Assembly (NCBI GenBank): GCA_019058295.1 | Contig: JAHPZI010000015.1 | Coordinates: 44,679-108,678, forward strand | DNA length: 64,000 nt | Direction: 5' to 3' | Source: Promethearchaeota archaeon | GTDB lineage: Archaea; Asgardarchaeota; Lokiarchaeia; Sigyniarchaeales; SOKP01 | Shown: piece after piece, positions 50,693-59,273 of the stretch | Layout: every line of letters begins with the position of its first letter | Numbering within the stretch: the first letter of the stretch is position 1 | Notes under the pieces: generated by a model | Seen by the model: only the letters and a program-made list of their open reading frames with translations | Databases searched by the model: none | What the model was told of the DNA's origin: nothing | Made by a program: the position numbers and the translations under genes

Positions 50693-50905
50693 ATGGCTAA
50701 AAAAGTTTTTGCCTGGAGTCCAGTCCGAAAATTAATGAAAGATAATGGCGCTGAAATGGTTGCTCGAGATGCTGTAGATGCTTTAATTGATTATTTAGAG
50801 AAAACCGCTAAAGGAGTCACAAATAAAGCATTAGAAATGACTCGACACGCTGGAAGAAAGAAACTCACTCTAGAAGATATGGACTTGGCAATGAAATTAA
50901 TGTAA
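50693..50905 (+). CDS. Archaeal histone (HMf family, tail-less)
   Basis: SPVRKLMK..GAEMVARDAV..L...LE.....A.....HAGRKKL..EDM.LA histone fold. Strong SD upstream and T-rich tract downstream. Confidence 0.95.
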   Translation: MAKKVFAWSPVRKLMKDNGAEMVARDAVDALIDYLEKTAKGVTNKALEMTRHAGRKKLTLEDMDLAMKLM

Positions 50906-50961
50906 AAAAATCTTTAACTAAATTAAAAAATTATTTATTCTCTTTTTTTTTATTAATTTTT

Positions 50962-51543
50962 GTGAAATTTAACGATTTAAGCATAAAGACTCTTTCATGT
51001 ATTCAAGTTATTCTCGCAGTAATCATCTCACTCATATTTACTTTTGTTGTTCCACTTGAATGGCAACCACTTACCGCAAAAGAGATAGAGCTTGGTATAT
51101 CTCCTTCTGAAGTGGGCGGTTTAGGGCCAATTCCTTATCATATATTTACATTAAGTCAATGGTATTTTTCGTTTTCAATAGTCTGGTTTATTAAACGTGA
51201 TAATCCGTACTTAAATAACTACCTCGTTGTGTCATTTGTCCCTTTAGTCTCCATAATCATTTGGGAATTTTTCTTCTTAGGGCTTTATTACGATTATATC
51301 CACATTCTTCCAGCAATTATTAGTTTCTATATATTTTGGAAAAAAGCAGATACTCTGGAACAGAAATTAATGATAATTTATGCATGTATTTATAGTGTTT
51401 GGTTTAATATAGTGTGGATCCTAGAGCTGGCTTATGGTGGTGCTTTACTTGTCATTGTTATCCTACTTTTTTATGTATATCCTCTCTGCTTTATCCTCTT
51501 CTCCTTTTATTTTCGGAATAGAGAAAATGATAGAGATATTTGA
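50962..51543 (+). CDS. Hypothetical multi-pass membrane protein
   Basis: About 6 hydrophobic segments; GTG start. Confidence 0.7.
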   Translation: MKFNDLSIKTLSCIQVILAVIISLIFTFVVPLEWQPLTAKEIELGISPSEVGGLGPIPYHIFTLSQWYFSFSIVWFIKRDNPYLNNYLVVSFVPLVSIIIWEFFFLGLYYDYIHILPAIISFYIFWKKADTLEQKLMIIYACIYSVWFNIVWILELAYGGALLVIVILLFYVYPLCFILFSFYFRNRENDRDI

Positions 51544-51660
51544 AGCAGAAGGGAAGCTAAATCTATTTAATCCACCCCCTTTTAAACATTATAATTGTTC
51601 AATATGCTTTTCAAAATTAAAAGACTAAATTTAAAATATCATATAAAACCGATTGACAGA

Positions 51661-52440
51661 TTAATCTTTTTTAATTGTCTTTCTTAATGAGTTTTTAATT
51701 AGATTTCCCAATATATTGGCTATTTTGTATTTAATCGGATTTACTCTTACATCAAAATAAAACTTTTTGTCGTTTAAGGGCTTATAAAAATTGTAATCAG
51801 CAGTTAAGATTTCATCCATACCTTCTACATCCGCAATTGCTCTGAAAGCTGTAAATTGAATCAAATTTGAGAGGCTTGGAGACCAATTACTATTTGAAAG
51901 TTTTTTATAAAATTCCTTAGCGGCTTCAGCTATATCTTTATCTTTCTTCTTAATAATTTTATCTTTGAGTTTAAATGGTGGAGTAATAACACCTAGAACA
52001 GTATTGGATCTAAACCCCCATATACTAGCTACACTTTTTAAATATTTATTAACTTGTTTTAATCCCATTCCACCTGTTGTCGATATTATCATAGCATCTT
52101 GGTTAAAAAATTGAGGACGATGGCCATTATAAGCAAGTCTATCAATAAATTTTTTCATTAAAGCGGTAACATTTAACATATAAACCGGCGAAGCGAATAT
52201 TACTCCGTTTGAATCAAGCATTTGTTTTATTATATTATCTCTATCGTCTTTGAGTGGACAGTGTTCTTTTCCAATTCGAATACAATTAAAGCATCCAATA
52301 CACTCCTTTAAATCGGATTCCTTAAGAAATATATAATTAAAGTCCACATTCCTGTATTTTTTTAAGTTTTTCTCAAATTGTTGAGTAATTTTGTATGTAT
52401 TTCCCTTGCGAGGGCTTCCCATAATTGCTAAAACTTTCAT
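51661..52440 (-). CDS. Flavodoxin-fold iron-sulfur flavoprotein / NADPH-dependent FMN reductase family
   Basis: GSPRKGNT, CIGCFNC...CPLKDD, ASPVY, MKKFIDR. Confidence 0.9.
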   Translation of the reverse strand: MKVLAIMGSPRKGNTYKITQQFEKNLKKYRNVDFNYIFLKESDLKECIGCFNCIRIGKEHCPLKDDRDNIIKQMLDSNGVIFASPVYMLNVTALMKKFIDRLAYNGHRPQFFNQDAMIISTTGGMGLKQVNKYLKSVASIWGFRSNTVLGVITPPFKLKDKIIKKKDKDIAEAAKEFYKKLSNSNWSPSLSNLIQFTAFRAIADVEGMDEILTADYNFYKPLNDKKFYFDVRVNPIKYKIANILGNLIKNSLRKTIKKD

Positions 52441-52536
52441 AATATTAGATAAAATTTTTTTTTTTATTTTTACTCATATAGAAAATGAATAGAGATAGAT
52501 GGCATAGAAGAAAAATTTGACTCTCTGTAGGAGATA

Positions 52537-52785
52537 TTAGCCTCCAGCAATAATTGGGAATATAGCAACCGTATCTCCATCTCTAAGAACAAAATCACTT
52601 TGAATATGTGGTCTTCCATTAACCATAATAATCAAGTTTTTATCGTCCTTAGGAATTTTATATTTTTTCAGAATTGATTTAATCGTGCTGCCTTCTTGTA
52701 AGTCTAGCACTTTTCGATCTGGTCCATATACCCTTAAATCAGCAAATAGTTTAACTGTTACTGATATAGAATTATTTTTAGTCAT
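52537..52785 (-). CDS. MoaD/ThiS/SAMP ubiquitin-like sulfur carrier with C-terminal GG
   Basis: VTVKLFADLR...IMVNG...LRDGDTVAIFPIIAGG*. Start at ATG 52785, overlapping the upstream stop. Confidence 0.9.
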   Translation of the reverse strand: MTKNNSISVTVKLFADLRVYGPDRKVLDLQEGSTIKSILKKYKIPKDDKNLIIMVNGRPHIQSDFVLRDGDTVAIFPIIAGG

Positions 52786-53068
52786 TTTCAACTTTATTAA
52801 AATACCATTTATACAACAATCCCATTCTTTTAGGGAAAATTGCGACTCTATCTCCCTCATTTACCTTTTTTCCAAAGCCAGAAAAGATTCCACTTACAAA
52901 AATATGGCTGGTTTCTGATTCATCTATAGCGAGCTGTTTAAGAATGTCGGATACAGTTTTTATTCCTTCATTTTCAATTATTAATGTTGTTGGAGCTCCT
53001 CCAGAAATGCTTTGTTTTTTTTCTTTTTCTCTTCTTAACTCTCCAAACAATTTCACTTGTATTGGCAT
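52778..53068 (-). CDS. MoaD/ThiS-like ubiquitin-fold protein lacking the C-terminal GG
   Basis: IQVKLFGELR...HIFVSG...VNEGDRVAIFP, then KRMGLLYKWYFNKVEND instead of GG. Confidence 0.8.
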   Translation of the reverse strand: MPIQVKLFGELRREKEKKQSISGGAPTTLIIENEGIKTVSDILKQLAIDESETSHIFVSGIFSGFGKKVNEGDRVAIFPKRMGLLYKWYFNKVEND

Positions 53069-53194
53069 TTTCTCTAAGCTTTCTAAATTAATGATATTTC
53101 CAATTTATTAAATAAATTAAGTCTAAATAAAATCTTGTGTTCTAAAAAATAGAATTTTATATAAACGGATGTTATAAAAGAAAACAAATAGCTG

Positions 53195-53271
53195 AAAAAA
53201 AAAATAAAAAATAAAAAAAAAGGTAATTTATGATTTTACTTATTAAAGTAATGAATTGATGATGTATCAAT
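53195..53271 (-). terminator. Probable terminator region downstream of AOR paralog 3
   Basis: Two short hairpins on the minus strand (ATTGAT-N5-ATCAAT at 53255-53271 and TTACTT-N4-AAGTAA), followed by long oligo-T tracts. Confidence 0.45.
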
Positions 53272-53284
53272 CTTTAATTTGCTC

Positions 53285-55030
53285 TTAATCTCCGAAGACT
53301 TTATCCAATTCATCATCAGGTACATTGAATACTTCATTAGATGGTGGAAGTTTCTCCTTCCTTAAAAATTCTGGAAGTCTATCATGCTCTTTAGTAAAAC
53401 CTGCTTTTTTATTATATTCTCTTTCCATTTTAAGGATTTGCATTCCAATTGTTCCTATATCATCCACCGTTAAATTTGTACCTAATACCCCATTAACAGA
53501 TTCAACCATTCCAACTAATGCTTCAGGTATATCAAGAACTGCGAAGGCAGTAAAAAGACAATATCCTGTAGAATCGACTACAGCTGTAGCTGCTTGTAAA
53601 TTACGAGATAATTCAGATTTCTTAGGGTCTCGAGGATCTGCTTGCCCTCCAACTCCCATAATCTCTGTAGCAATAGCATAACCAGCGGTGTGATCAGCTC
53701 CCATTGGAGTGGTTGCAAAGGTAACTCCTATCCCTTTAATAGCGCGTGGATCATAAGCTGGCAGGCTTTGACCTTTAACTACAGGGACTCTTGTTACTCC
53801 AAAAGCTTGACCAGTGTAGGCTGTACCGTTTGCTAAGATCCGCCCTATAGCTGTCTTATTTCGGATTTCATTCATTAATTTTAAAGAACCTTTTCCATCA
53901 CCAAACTTGGCTAATCCGCCTTCCATAGCAACTGCGATTGTATCTCCTGCTTCAATTGTATCTAAACCTAAATCATTACAAGCTCTATTAAGTTCACCGA
54001 CGTCATCTAAGTCATATATTCCACAATTAGGACCTAAAGCCCATACAGATTCATATTCTAAAACTCCCACAGGATCTTTTCCACCAGGTTTGGTCCATAC
54101 CTCAGAACATTGGATTACACATCCTGGACTGCATGGATGGGGACGAGTTCCGCCTCGTTTCTTTATTTCTTCTGCCTTTTTCTCACCTGATACATTTGCA
54201 GATCTATCATCCTGTCCAGCAGAAAAATTTCTCTGAGGTAATCCTTGTGCCTCGTTTATAATGTTAATTAAAACATCTGTTCCGTATGAGGCAAGTGCTC
54301 CATCTGGTTTCGTAACATCATGGGACATAAGTCCATCACGGAGCTTTTTTATACCTGCTTTAAATCTCTCTTGGTCAGCAATTTCGACTCCTGGAGCACC
54401 AGTTTCATCTATTACAATGAATTTTAATCCTTTTGAGGCCATTACAGCTCCAAGACCTCCTCTTCCAGCATATCTACTTGGACGCCCTTCAAGATCATTA
54501 AAGCTCACTCCAGAGCCTGCTCCTAATAATTCTCCAGCAATTCCAGTACCACTGATACCTACTTTTTCGCCAAATTCCTTATGCAATTGTTCGTATGCTT
54601 TATAGAGCCCTATTCCAGACCATTTATTAGCCTTTATCAATTCTGCTCCATCATTAGTAACTTTTAGCAGATAATAATCATCATCTTTCTTTTCACCCTC
54701 TATTATTATCGCTGCAATCCTTAATCTACCAAGCAATTGAGAAAAACTAGTACCTGCATTAGCTTCTTTTATTCCTCCAGTTAATGGAGATTTACCACCA
54801 ACTGAAATTCTACCGGAGGTTGGAGCAGCAGAACCAGTCACAATACCAGGAGCAAATACAAGCTTATTGTTAGGTCCCAATGGATGACAATCAGGAGGTA
54901 CTTCTTTTGATACAATAGTTGAAGTAAGACCTCGACCACCTAACGCTGCATATTCCGAAGGAAAATCTTCAAATTTAGCTTCTAATTTACCCATATCTAC
55001 TCTTAAAATTTTTTTAGGCAAAAATTTCAC
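53285..55030 (-). CDS. aor: Aldehyde:ferredoxin oxidoreductase (AOR family), paralog 3
   Basis: LGGRGL, KSPLTGGIKEANAG, GRGGLGAVM, CSPGCVIQC, EYES, LGLDTI, PAYDPR, GADH. Confidence 0.92.
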   Translation of the reverse strand: MKFLPKKILRVDMGKLEAKFEDFPSEYAALGGRGLTSTIVSKEVPPDCHPLGPNNKLVFAPGIVTGSAAPTSGRISVGGKSPLTGGIKEANAGTSFSQLLGRLRIAAIIIEGEKKDDDYYLLKVTNDGAELIKANKWSGIGLYKAYEQLHKEFGEKVGISGTGIAGELLGAGSGVSFNDLEGRPSRYAGRGGLGAVMASKGLKFIVIDETGAPGVEIADQERFKAGIKKLRDGLMSHDVTKPDGALASYGTDVLINIINEAQGLPQRNFSAGQDDRSANVSGEKKAEEIKKRGGTRPHPCSPGCVIQCSEVWTKPGGKDPVGVLEYESVWALGPNCGIYDLDDVGELNRACNDLGLDTIEAGDTIAVAMEGGLAKFGDGKGSLKLMNEIRNKTAIGRILANGTAYTGQAFGVTRVPVVKGQSLPAYDPRAIKGIGVTFATTPMGADHTAGYAIATEIMGVGGQADPRDPKKSELSRNLQAATAVVDSTGYCLFTAFAVLDIPEALVGMVESVNGVLGTNLTVDDIGTIGMQILKMEREYNKKAGFTKEHDRLPEFLRKEKLPPSNEVFNVPDDELDKVFGD

Positions 55031-55224
55031 CTTCTTCTTTTATTTGATCTTTGACAAAATATAGTCAAGGTAAAATTGTTATTGCTTCATATTTAATTAT
55101 ATCTTTAATGAAATTAAAGAGCGTTATGTACGTAGAGAGATAACGGTATTAAGATTATCTATAATAAGTATAAATTAAAGAAATTCTAATAGGAATTATT
55201 AGACTGATTATTATAAAAAATGTA

Positions 55225-55359
55225 CAGGCCCGGAGGGATCTATTCCCTCTCAAATAAATTTTAAGAGGTTTGAACCCCCGATTTCTAATCTCCAGCTGAT
55301 TTAACTAGCGATCTTCAGCTTAGGAGGCTGCTGCCTTATCCAGTCTGGGCCACGGGCCT
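55225..55359 (-). tRNA. tRNA-Arg(CCU) with two non-canonical 30-nt introns (45/46 at 55283-55312; 58/59 at 55240-55269)
   Basis: Removing both introns gives a 75-nt cloverleaf: AGGCCCG TG GCCC AGACTGGATA AGGC A GCAGC CTCCTAA GCTGA AGATC GGGGG TTCAAAT CCCTC CGGGCCT G. Anticodon CCT at 55324-55322. BHB motifs at both junctions; no encoded CCA. Confidence 0.92.
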
Positions 55360-55364
55360 ATTTA

Positions 55365-55526
55365 TTATATATTTAAAGAGCTTCGTACATAAGCAGTACC
55401 ACAGACACCACAGAAATATTTGTCTTTTATTTTAATTGCTTTATCAATCGGAATTTCTTTCTGGCAATTCATAACACAGCATCTCACAGTTTTCTTCTTA
55501 TTCTCTACATCATTTCTTTTTGACAT
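55365..55526 (-). CDS. Small zinc-finger protein (53 aa; not in ORF track)
   Basis: MSKRNDVENKKKTVRCCVMNCQKEIPIDKAIKIKDKYFCGVCGTAYVRSSLNI*; Cys pairs in a treble-clef/TRASH-like spacing. Confidence 0.75.
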   Translation of the reverse strand: MSKRNDVENKKKTVRCCVMNCQKEIPIDKAIKIKDKYFCGVCGTAYVRSSLNI

Positions 55527-55573
55527 TGAAATTGATTATATTTTTCTAGTCTTTAGTGGTAATAAATAATTCT

Positions 55574-58186
55574 TTATTTTTTAATTAAATCGTATAAAGA
55601 ACTCACTTTAAATAGAGTTCGAAGTTCTTGATGATTAATTAATTTATCTTTATTATTAAGAAAATTAATGTTTTTTATGGTAATAATTCTTGATTCTTGT
55701 TCCATTGAGAAGAAATTGTCTGAAGCTATAAAATCCACAATATTGGATTCAATATAAACATAGAGAGCAATATTTTTACTATTAATTGTAACCTTAAATT
55801 CAGGTTTCTCATCACTTATATCTTCAAATTCATAAGAAAGTTCAGGTTTATATAAAGAGAAGTTCTTTGGAGAATCAAATAACCGAAATCCATGATAAGT
55901 TATTTCATTTTCATTCTGTTTATCTCTTAATTTATAGAATATGATATTATTTCGCATTATGCTGTTTTCATAATTAATATTACTTACATCCAAAGTTCCA
56001 ACTTTCAATGAATAGCAAGGAGATACGATGGCATCATATGTTCCATTCCTTAGGATTTTACACTCTGAATTAAGAATCTTCCAATCCAATTGCACTTCAG
56101 ATTCTTTCGTTAAATCATTTGTTATCCAAAATTCGATTTCATTTTCTCCCTCTTTTACACTAGGAAAAATAGGTTGATAAAATCGTTTGGCAAAATAATG
56201 CAACGCCTTCCACCGGATAAAATAATCTAAGGAACTCCAACTCGCAACTGGCCAGCAATCATTTAATTGCCAATAAAGGGACCCCATACAATGGAAATCG
56301 TTTCGGTTTCGCCTCCAATGTTCCACTCCATACTCAATTGCTTCTGCTTGAGTAATTTGTGATAATATTATTTGTTGCTCAAATTTCTTTGGAATTGTAA
56401 ACCTTCTTCTCATATATCTCATTATTTTTTTATTACCAGCTGAATTCTTTTGATGGTTGTTCATAATAGGGGAGTAAAAATCAAATTGTTCAGGTGGGCA
56501 GAATGTCGCTATAGTTTTTAATGATGGAAAAGATTCAAATCCATATTCGGACATAAAGCGGGAATTGAATTTTCTGTAAGAGCTAAAGCTAGCTCCACCA
56601 TGCCAAACCTTCCAGAAGTGAGAATCTCCTTTATCTGGGGAATTTGGATCGACATATTCAATTTGATCTCGAATGCCTCCATTTGAAGGAGAACTCGGCC
56701 AATATGGGCGAGTTGAGTCATATTTATTTACAAGTTCGGGAAGAATTCTCTCAAATAGATCAATATAGCTGTTTTTAAATCTCGATATCATATCAGGGTC
56801 ATTAATATTTGACATAAATAGTAATGCTTTCCATAATTGCTCAATCTCATTATTTCCACACCACAAGGCTAGACTTGGATGATGTCTTATCCTTTTAATA
56901 TTTTGAATTGCTTCTTTTTTGAAATTTTCAATAAATTCTTCATGATGCGGATAAACAGCACAGGCAAAAGGGAAATCTTGCCATACTAAAATGCCAAGCT
57001 CATCACAGAGTTCATAAAATAAATCGTCTTCATAAATTCCCCCGCCCCAGACGCGAACCATATTCATATTAGCAATCTTGGCAGATTTGAGATTTTTCCG
57101 ATACAATCCTAATTTCTTACCCCTTGGAATAAAACTATCAATAGGAATCCAATTAGCTCCCTTAGCAAAAATTGGAATATTGTTTAATGTAAAATAAAAT
57201 GTTTCTCCCCATTTATCGGGATTTCGAATGAGTTGTATATCTCTTATCCCCAATTTTTGGGATCTTTTATCAATAATCTCACCATCATTTAAAATCGTAA
57301 CAGTTAAGTCGTAAAGATAAGGTACACCAAGCTCGTGTGTCCACCATAAATGGGGTTCATCAAGAGTTAGTTCAACAATTTGGTTTTTTTCTTTAAGAGA
57401 TACTTCATTAAAATATATATCTTTCTCTTGTGTTTTTAATTCAACCCTGATTGTATAGTTTAAATTACCAATATTCTCTATTATCGAATCTACTTCTATT
57501 TTAACATTAAGTTTTACTGATTCAGCTATAAAAGAGCTCTCCTTTAGATTCTTAATTATCCGAGGATCTTTATACGTAATTGTTTGAATGGGATATATTG
57601 AAGTAATTCTAAGATTGTTAAATCCTATTAATTCTACAGATTGCCATATTCCAATGTCGGGCAATTTTGGACCCCAATCCCACCCAAAAGAATATTGCCC
57701 CTTTCTTAAATATGGTGCTCCAGGTAAAGCCTCAATGCTAGTGACTAATCTATTTTTATATTTCTTTATTTCTTCACGAGCATTTTTCGTAGGACTTCTA
57801 ATTAGAACTTTCAGTTCATTAGAATTAGCTTTTAATCTACTTGTAACTTCAAAATCATAAACACGAAACATATTTTCTGTAGTTCCGAGTAGTTCACCAT
57901 TTAGATAGACTTCTGCAATAGTATCAATTCCTTGGAAACGAAGCAAAATCGTTGAATGCTCTAAGAAATCAGATTTGACATCGAACTTTGTTTCATAACA
58001 CCAATCTGATTCGTAAACCCAAGACATTTTATGCTCATTATTCCCATAAAACGGATCTTCAATAATATTATTTTCAATTAAGGCTTCAAATACCGATCCG
58101 GGAACCTGAGCGGTAATGTCAATTGATTTTTTTTTATGATTTAATTTCCAAATACCATTTAAGGAAATATTTTCAACATTTTGCAT
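55574..58186 (-). CDS. Glycoside hydrolase family 2 beta-mannosidase
   Basis: AQVPG, FQGIDT, RKGQYSFGWDWGP, KGANWIP, RVWGGGIYE, WQDFPFAC, WCGNNE, SEYGF, WQLNDCWP. Confidence 0.93.
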   Translation of the reverse strand: MQNVENISLNGIWKLNHKKKSIDITAQVPGSVFEALIENNIIEDPFYGNNEHKMSWVYESDWCYETKFDVKSDFLEHSTILLRFQGIDTIAEVYLNGELLGTTENMFRVYDFEVTSRLKANSNELKVLIRSPTKNAREEIKKYKNRLVTSIEALPGAPYLRKGQYSFGWDWGPKLPDIGIWQSVELIGFNNLRITSIYPIQTITYKDPRIIKNLKESSFIAESVKLNVKIEVDSIIENIGNLNYTIRVELKTQEKDIYFNEVSLKEKNQIVELTLDEPHLWWTHELGVPYLYDLTVTILNDGEIIDKRSQKLGIRDIQLIRNPDKWGETFYFTLNNIPIFAKGANWIPIDSFIPRGKKLGLYRKNLKSAKIANMNMVRVWGGGIYEDDLFYELCDELGILVWQDFPFACAVYPHHEEFIENFKKEAIQNIKRIRHHPSLALWCGNNEIEQLWKALLFMSNINDPDMISRFKNSYIDLFERILPELVNKYDSTRPYWPSSPSNGGIRDQIEYVDPNSPDKGDSHFWKVWHGGASFSSYRKFNSRFMSEYGFESFPSLKTIATFCPPEQFDFYSPIMNNHQKNSAGNKKIMRYMRRRFTIPKKFEQQIILSQITQAEAIEYGVEHWRRNRNDFHCMGSLYWQLNDCWPVASWSSLDYFIRWKALHYFAKRFYQPIFPSVKEGENEIEFWITNDLTKESEVQLDWKILNSECKILRNGTYDAIVSPCYSLKVGTLDVSNINYENSIMRNNIIFYKLRDKQNENEITYHGFRLFDSPKNFSLYKPELSYEFEDISDEKPEFKVTINSKNIALYVYIESNIVDFIASDNFFSMEQESRIITIKNINFLNNKDKLINHQELRTLFKVSSLYDLIKK

Positions 58187-58274
58187 AAGATTTCACTAAA
58201 TTTTCTCAGATGATATAGAGAAAGATATAAATTCAATTATTAAATATTTAAGTAAAGTTGAAATAAGAAATTAT

Positions 58275-58697
58275 TTATTTTTCTTTTCCAGATTTGGTGG
58301 GTGGAGCGGCTAATGCTAATATTTTACCAATTATCGCCACTTGCGAGGCTCCTTTTACTTTTCCTCCGGCCATTTTTCTAAGCCATTTTCCAGTCCCCCA
58401 GCTGCCCGCACTCATCATTGTTTGCAAAGTTGGAAATTTCCAGTAACCCCACCAATAAAGTTTATCCCTGCTTAAATTCTCTTTAGGCTCGGTTTCTATC
58501 CCCTCGACTGTAATTTCACCATTCTCAAGTGTGATTAATGCAGCCCATTTATTTTCTTCGTTCTGCAGAAGTACACGTGTTTTTTCCCCTCTAATTGCCT
58601 CATTGTATTCTTCCTTACCCTTAACAGAATTGATAACAGTATTTATAAATAGCGCAAAACCTTTTAATTTTGGTTTTTTTGGCTTTTCGCTAGACAT
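58275..58697 (-). CDS. Hypothetical protein, possible SCP2 sterol-carrier-like fold
   Basis: ALITLENGEITVE...AGGKVKG is reminiscent of SCP2 domains; fold assignment is weak. Confidence 0.6.
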   Translation of the reverse strand: MSSEKPKKPKLKGFALFINTVINSVKGKEEYNEAIRGEKTRVLLQNEENKWAALITLENGEITVEGIETEPKENLSRDKLYWWGYWKFPTLQTMMSAGSWGTGKWLRKMAGGKVKGASQVAIIGKILALAAPPTKSGKEK

Positions 58698-58855
58698 CTT
58701 AATCTCCTATTTTAAAATACATTTTATAGGTTATTTTTTTTAACCTTTAATAATGTTATATCTAAATTAAATTAAATGAAAAGGTTTTAATAACAATTGA
58801 ATTTTTAATAATTAGAATTTTTTTATGAATAATTTTTTTTTAGTGTATATTAGAT

Positions 58856-59128
58856 ATGGAACGAAAACCTCAACAAAGATCTCGTAGACCTATTGATTAT
58901 TTAAAGGAATCAATTGGTAAAGTAATTTTGATAAAAGCCAAAAGGAACCGATTGTTTAGAGCTACTCTTCTTGCATTTGATGAATATTTGAATGTGTGGG
59001 TTGATAATGCTTCTCAAATCTTCGAATACCAAGACGAAGAAGGGAATATCCACGAGGAACACGAAAACCTCGGCGAGATTGTAATTAGAGGGGATAACAT
59101 CATTTTCATTAACATGGCTTCACAATGA
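58856..59128 (+). CDS. Sm-like archaeal RNA-binding protein (SmAP/Lsm)
   Basis: RPIDYL..SIGK.I, L.AFDEYLNV (Sm1), LGEIVIRGDNIIFI (Sm2). Confidence 0.92.
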   Translation: MERKPQQRSRRPIDYLKESIGKVILIKAKRNRLFRATLLAFDEYLNVWVDNASQIFEYQDEEGNIHEEHENLGEIVIRGDNIIFINMASQ

Positions 59129-59273
59129 AGGTTATTTTTAAATTTGATAATGTTCCAACAATTAAAATTTACCAGAATCTTTATATTTCAATCTTGTGAA
59201 GTTTTTTAAGGTTTAAACTTATTAAATACTAAATTATTCAACCGTAAAAAAATAAATATCAATTAAGTGAGAA

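Noticed and set aside
55051-55068. TTGAC-N8-GTCAA upstream of AOR3 as an FNR-like site or Moco/W riboswitch
   Set aside because: Only 5-bp arms, wrong spacing for FNR, and no recognisable riboswitch fold.
55283-55321. Canonical 37/38 intron reading of the tRNA
   Set aside because: CTCC/GGAG pairing mimics a BHB, but splicing there does not restore the anticodon stem or a normal variable loop. The 45/46 solution does.
55200-55574. tRNA as an integration site of a genomic island
   Set aside because: No integrase and no duplicated tRNA 3' end seen in the window; flanking genes are metabolic.
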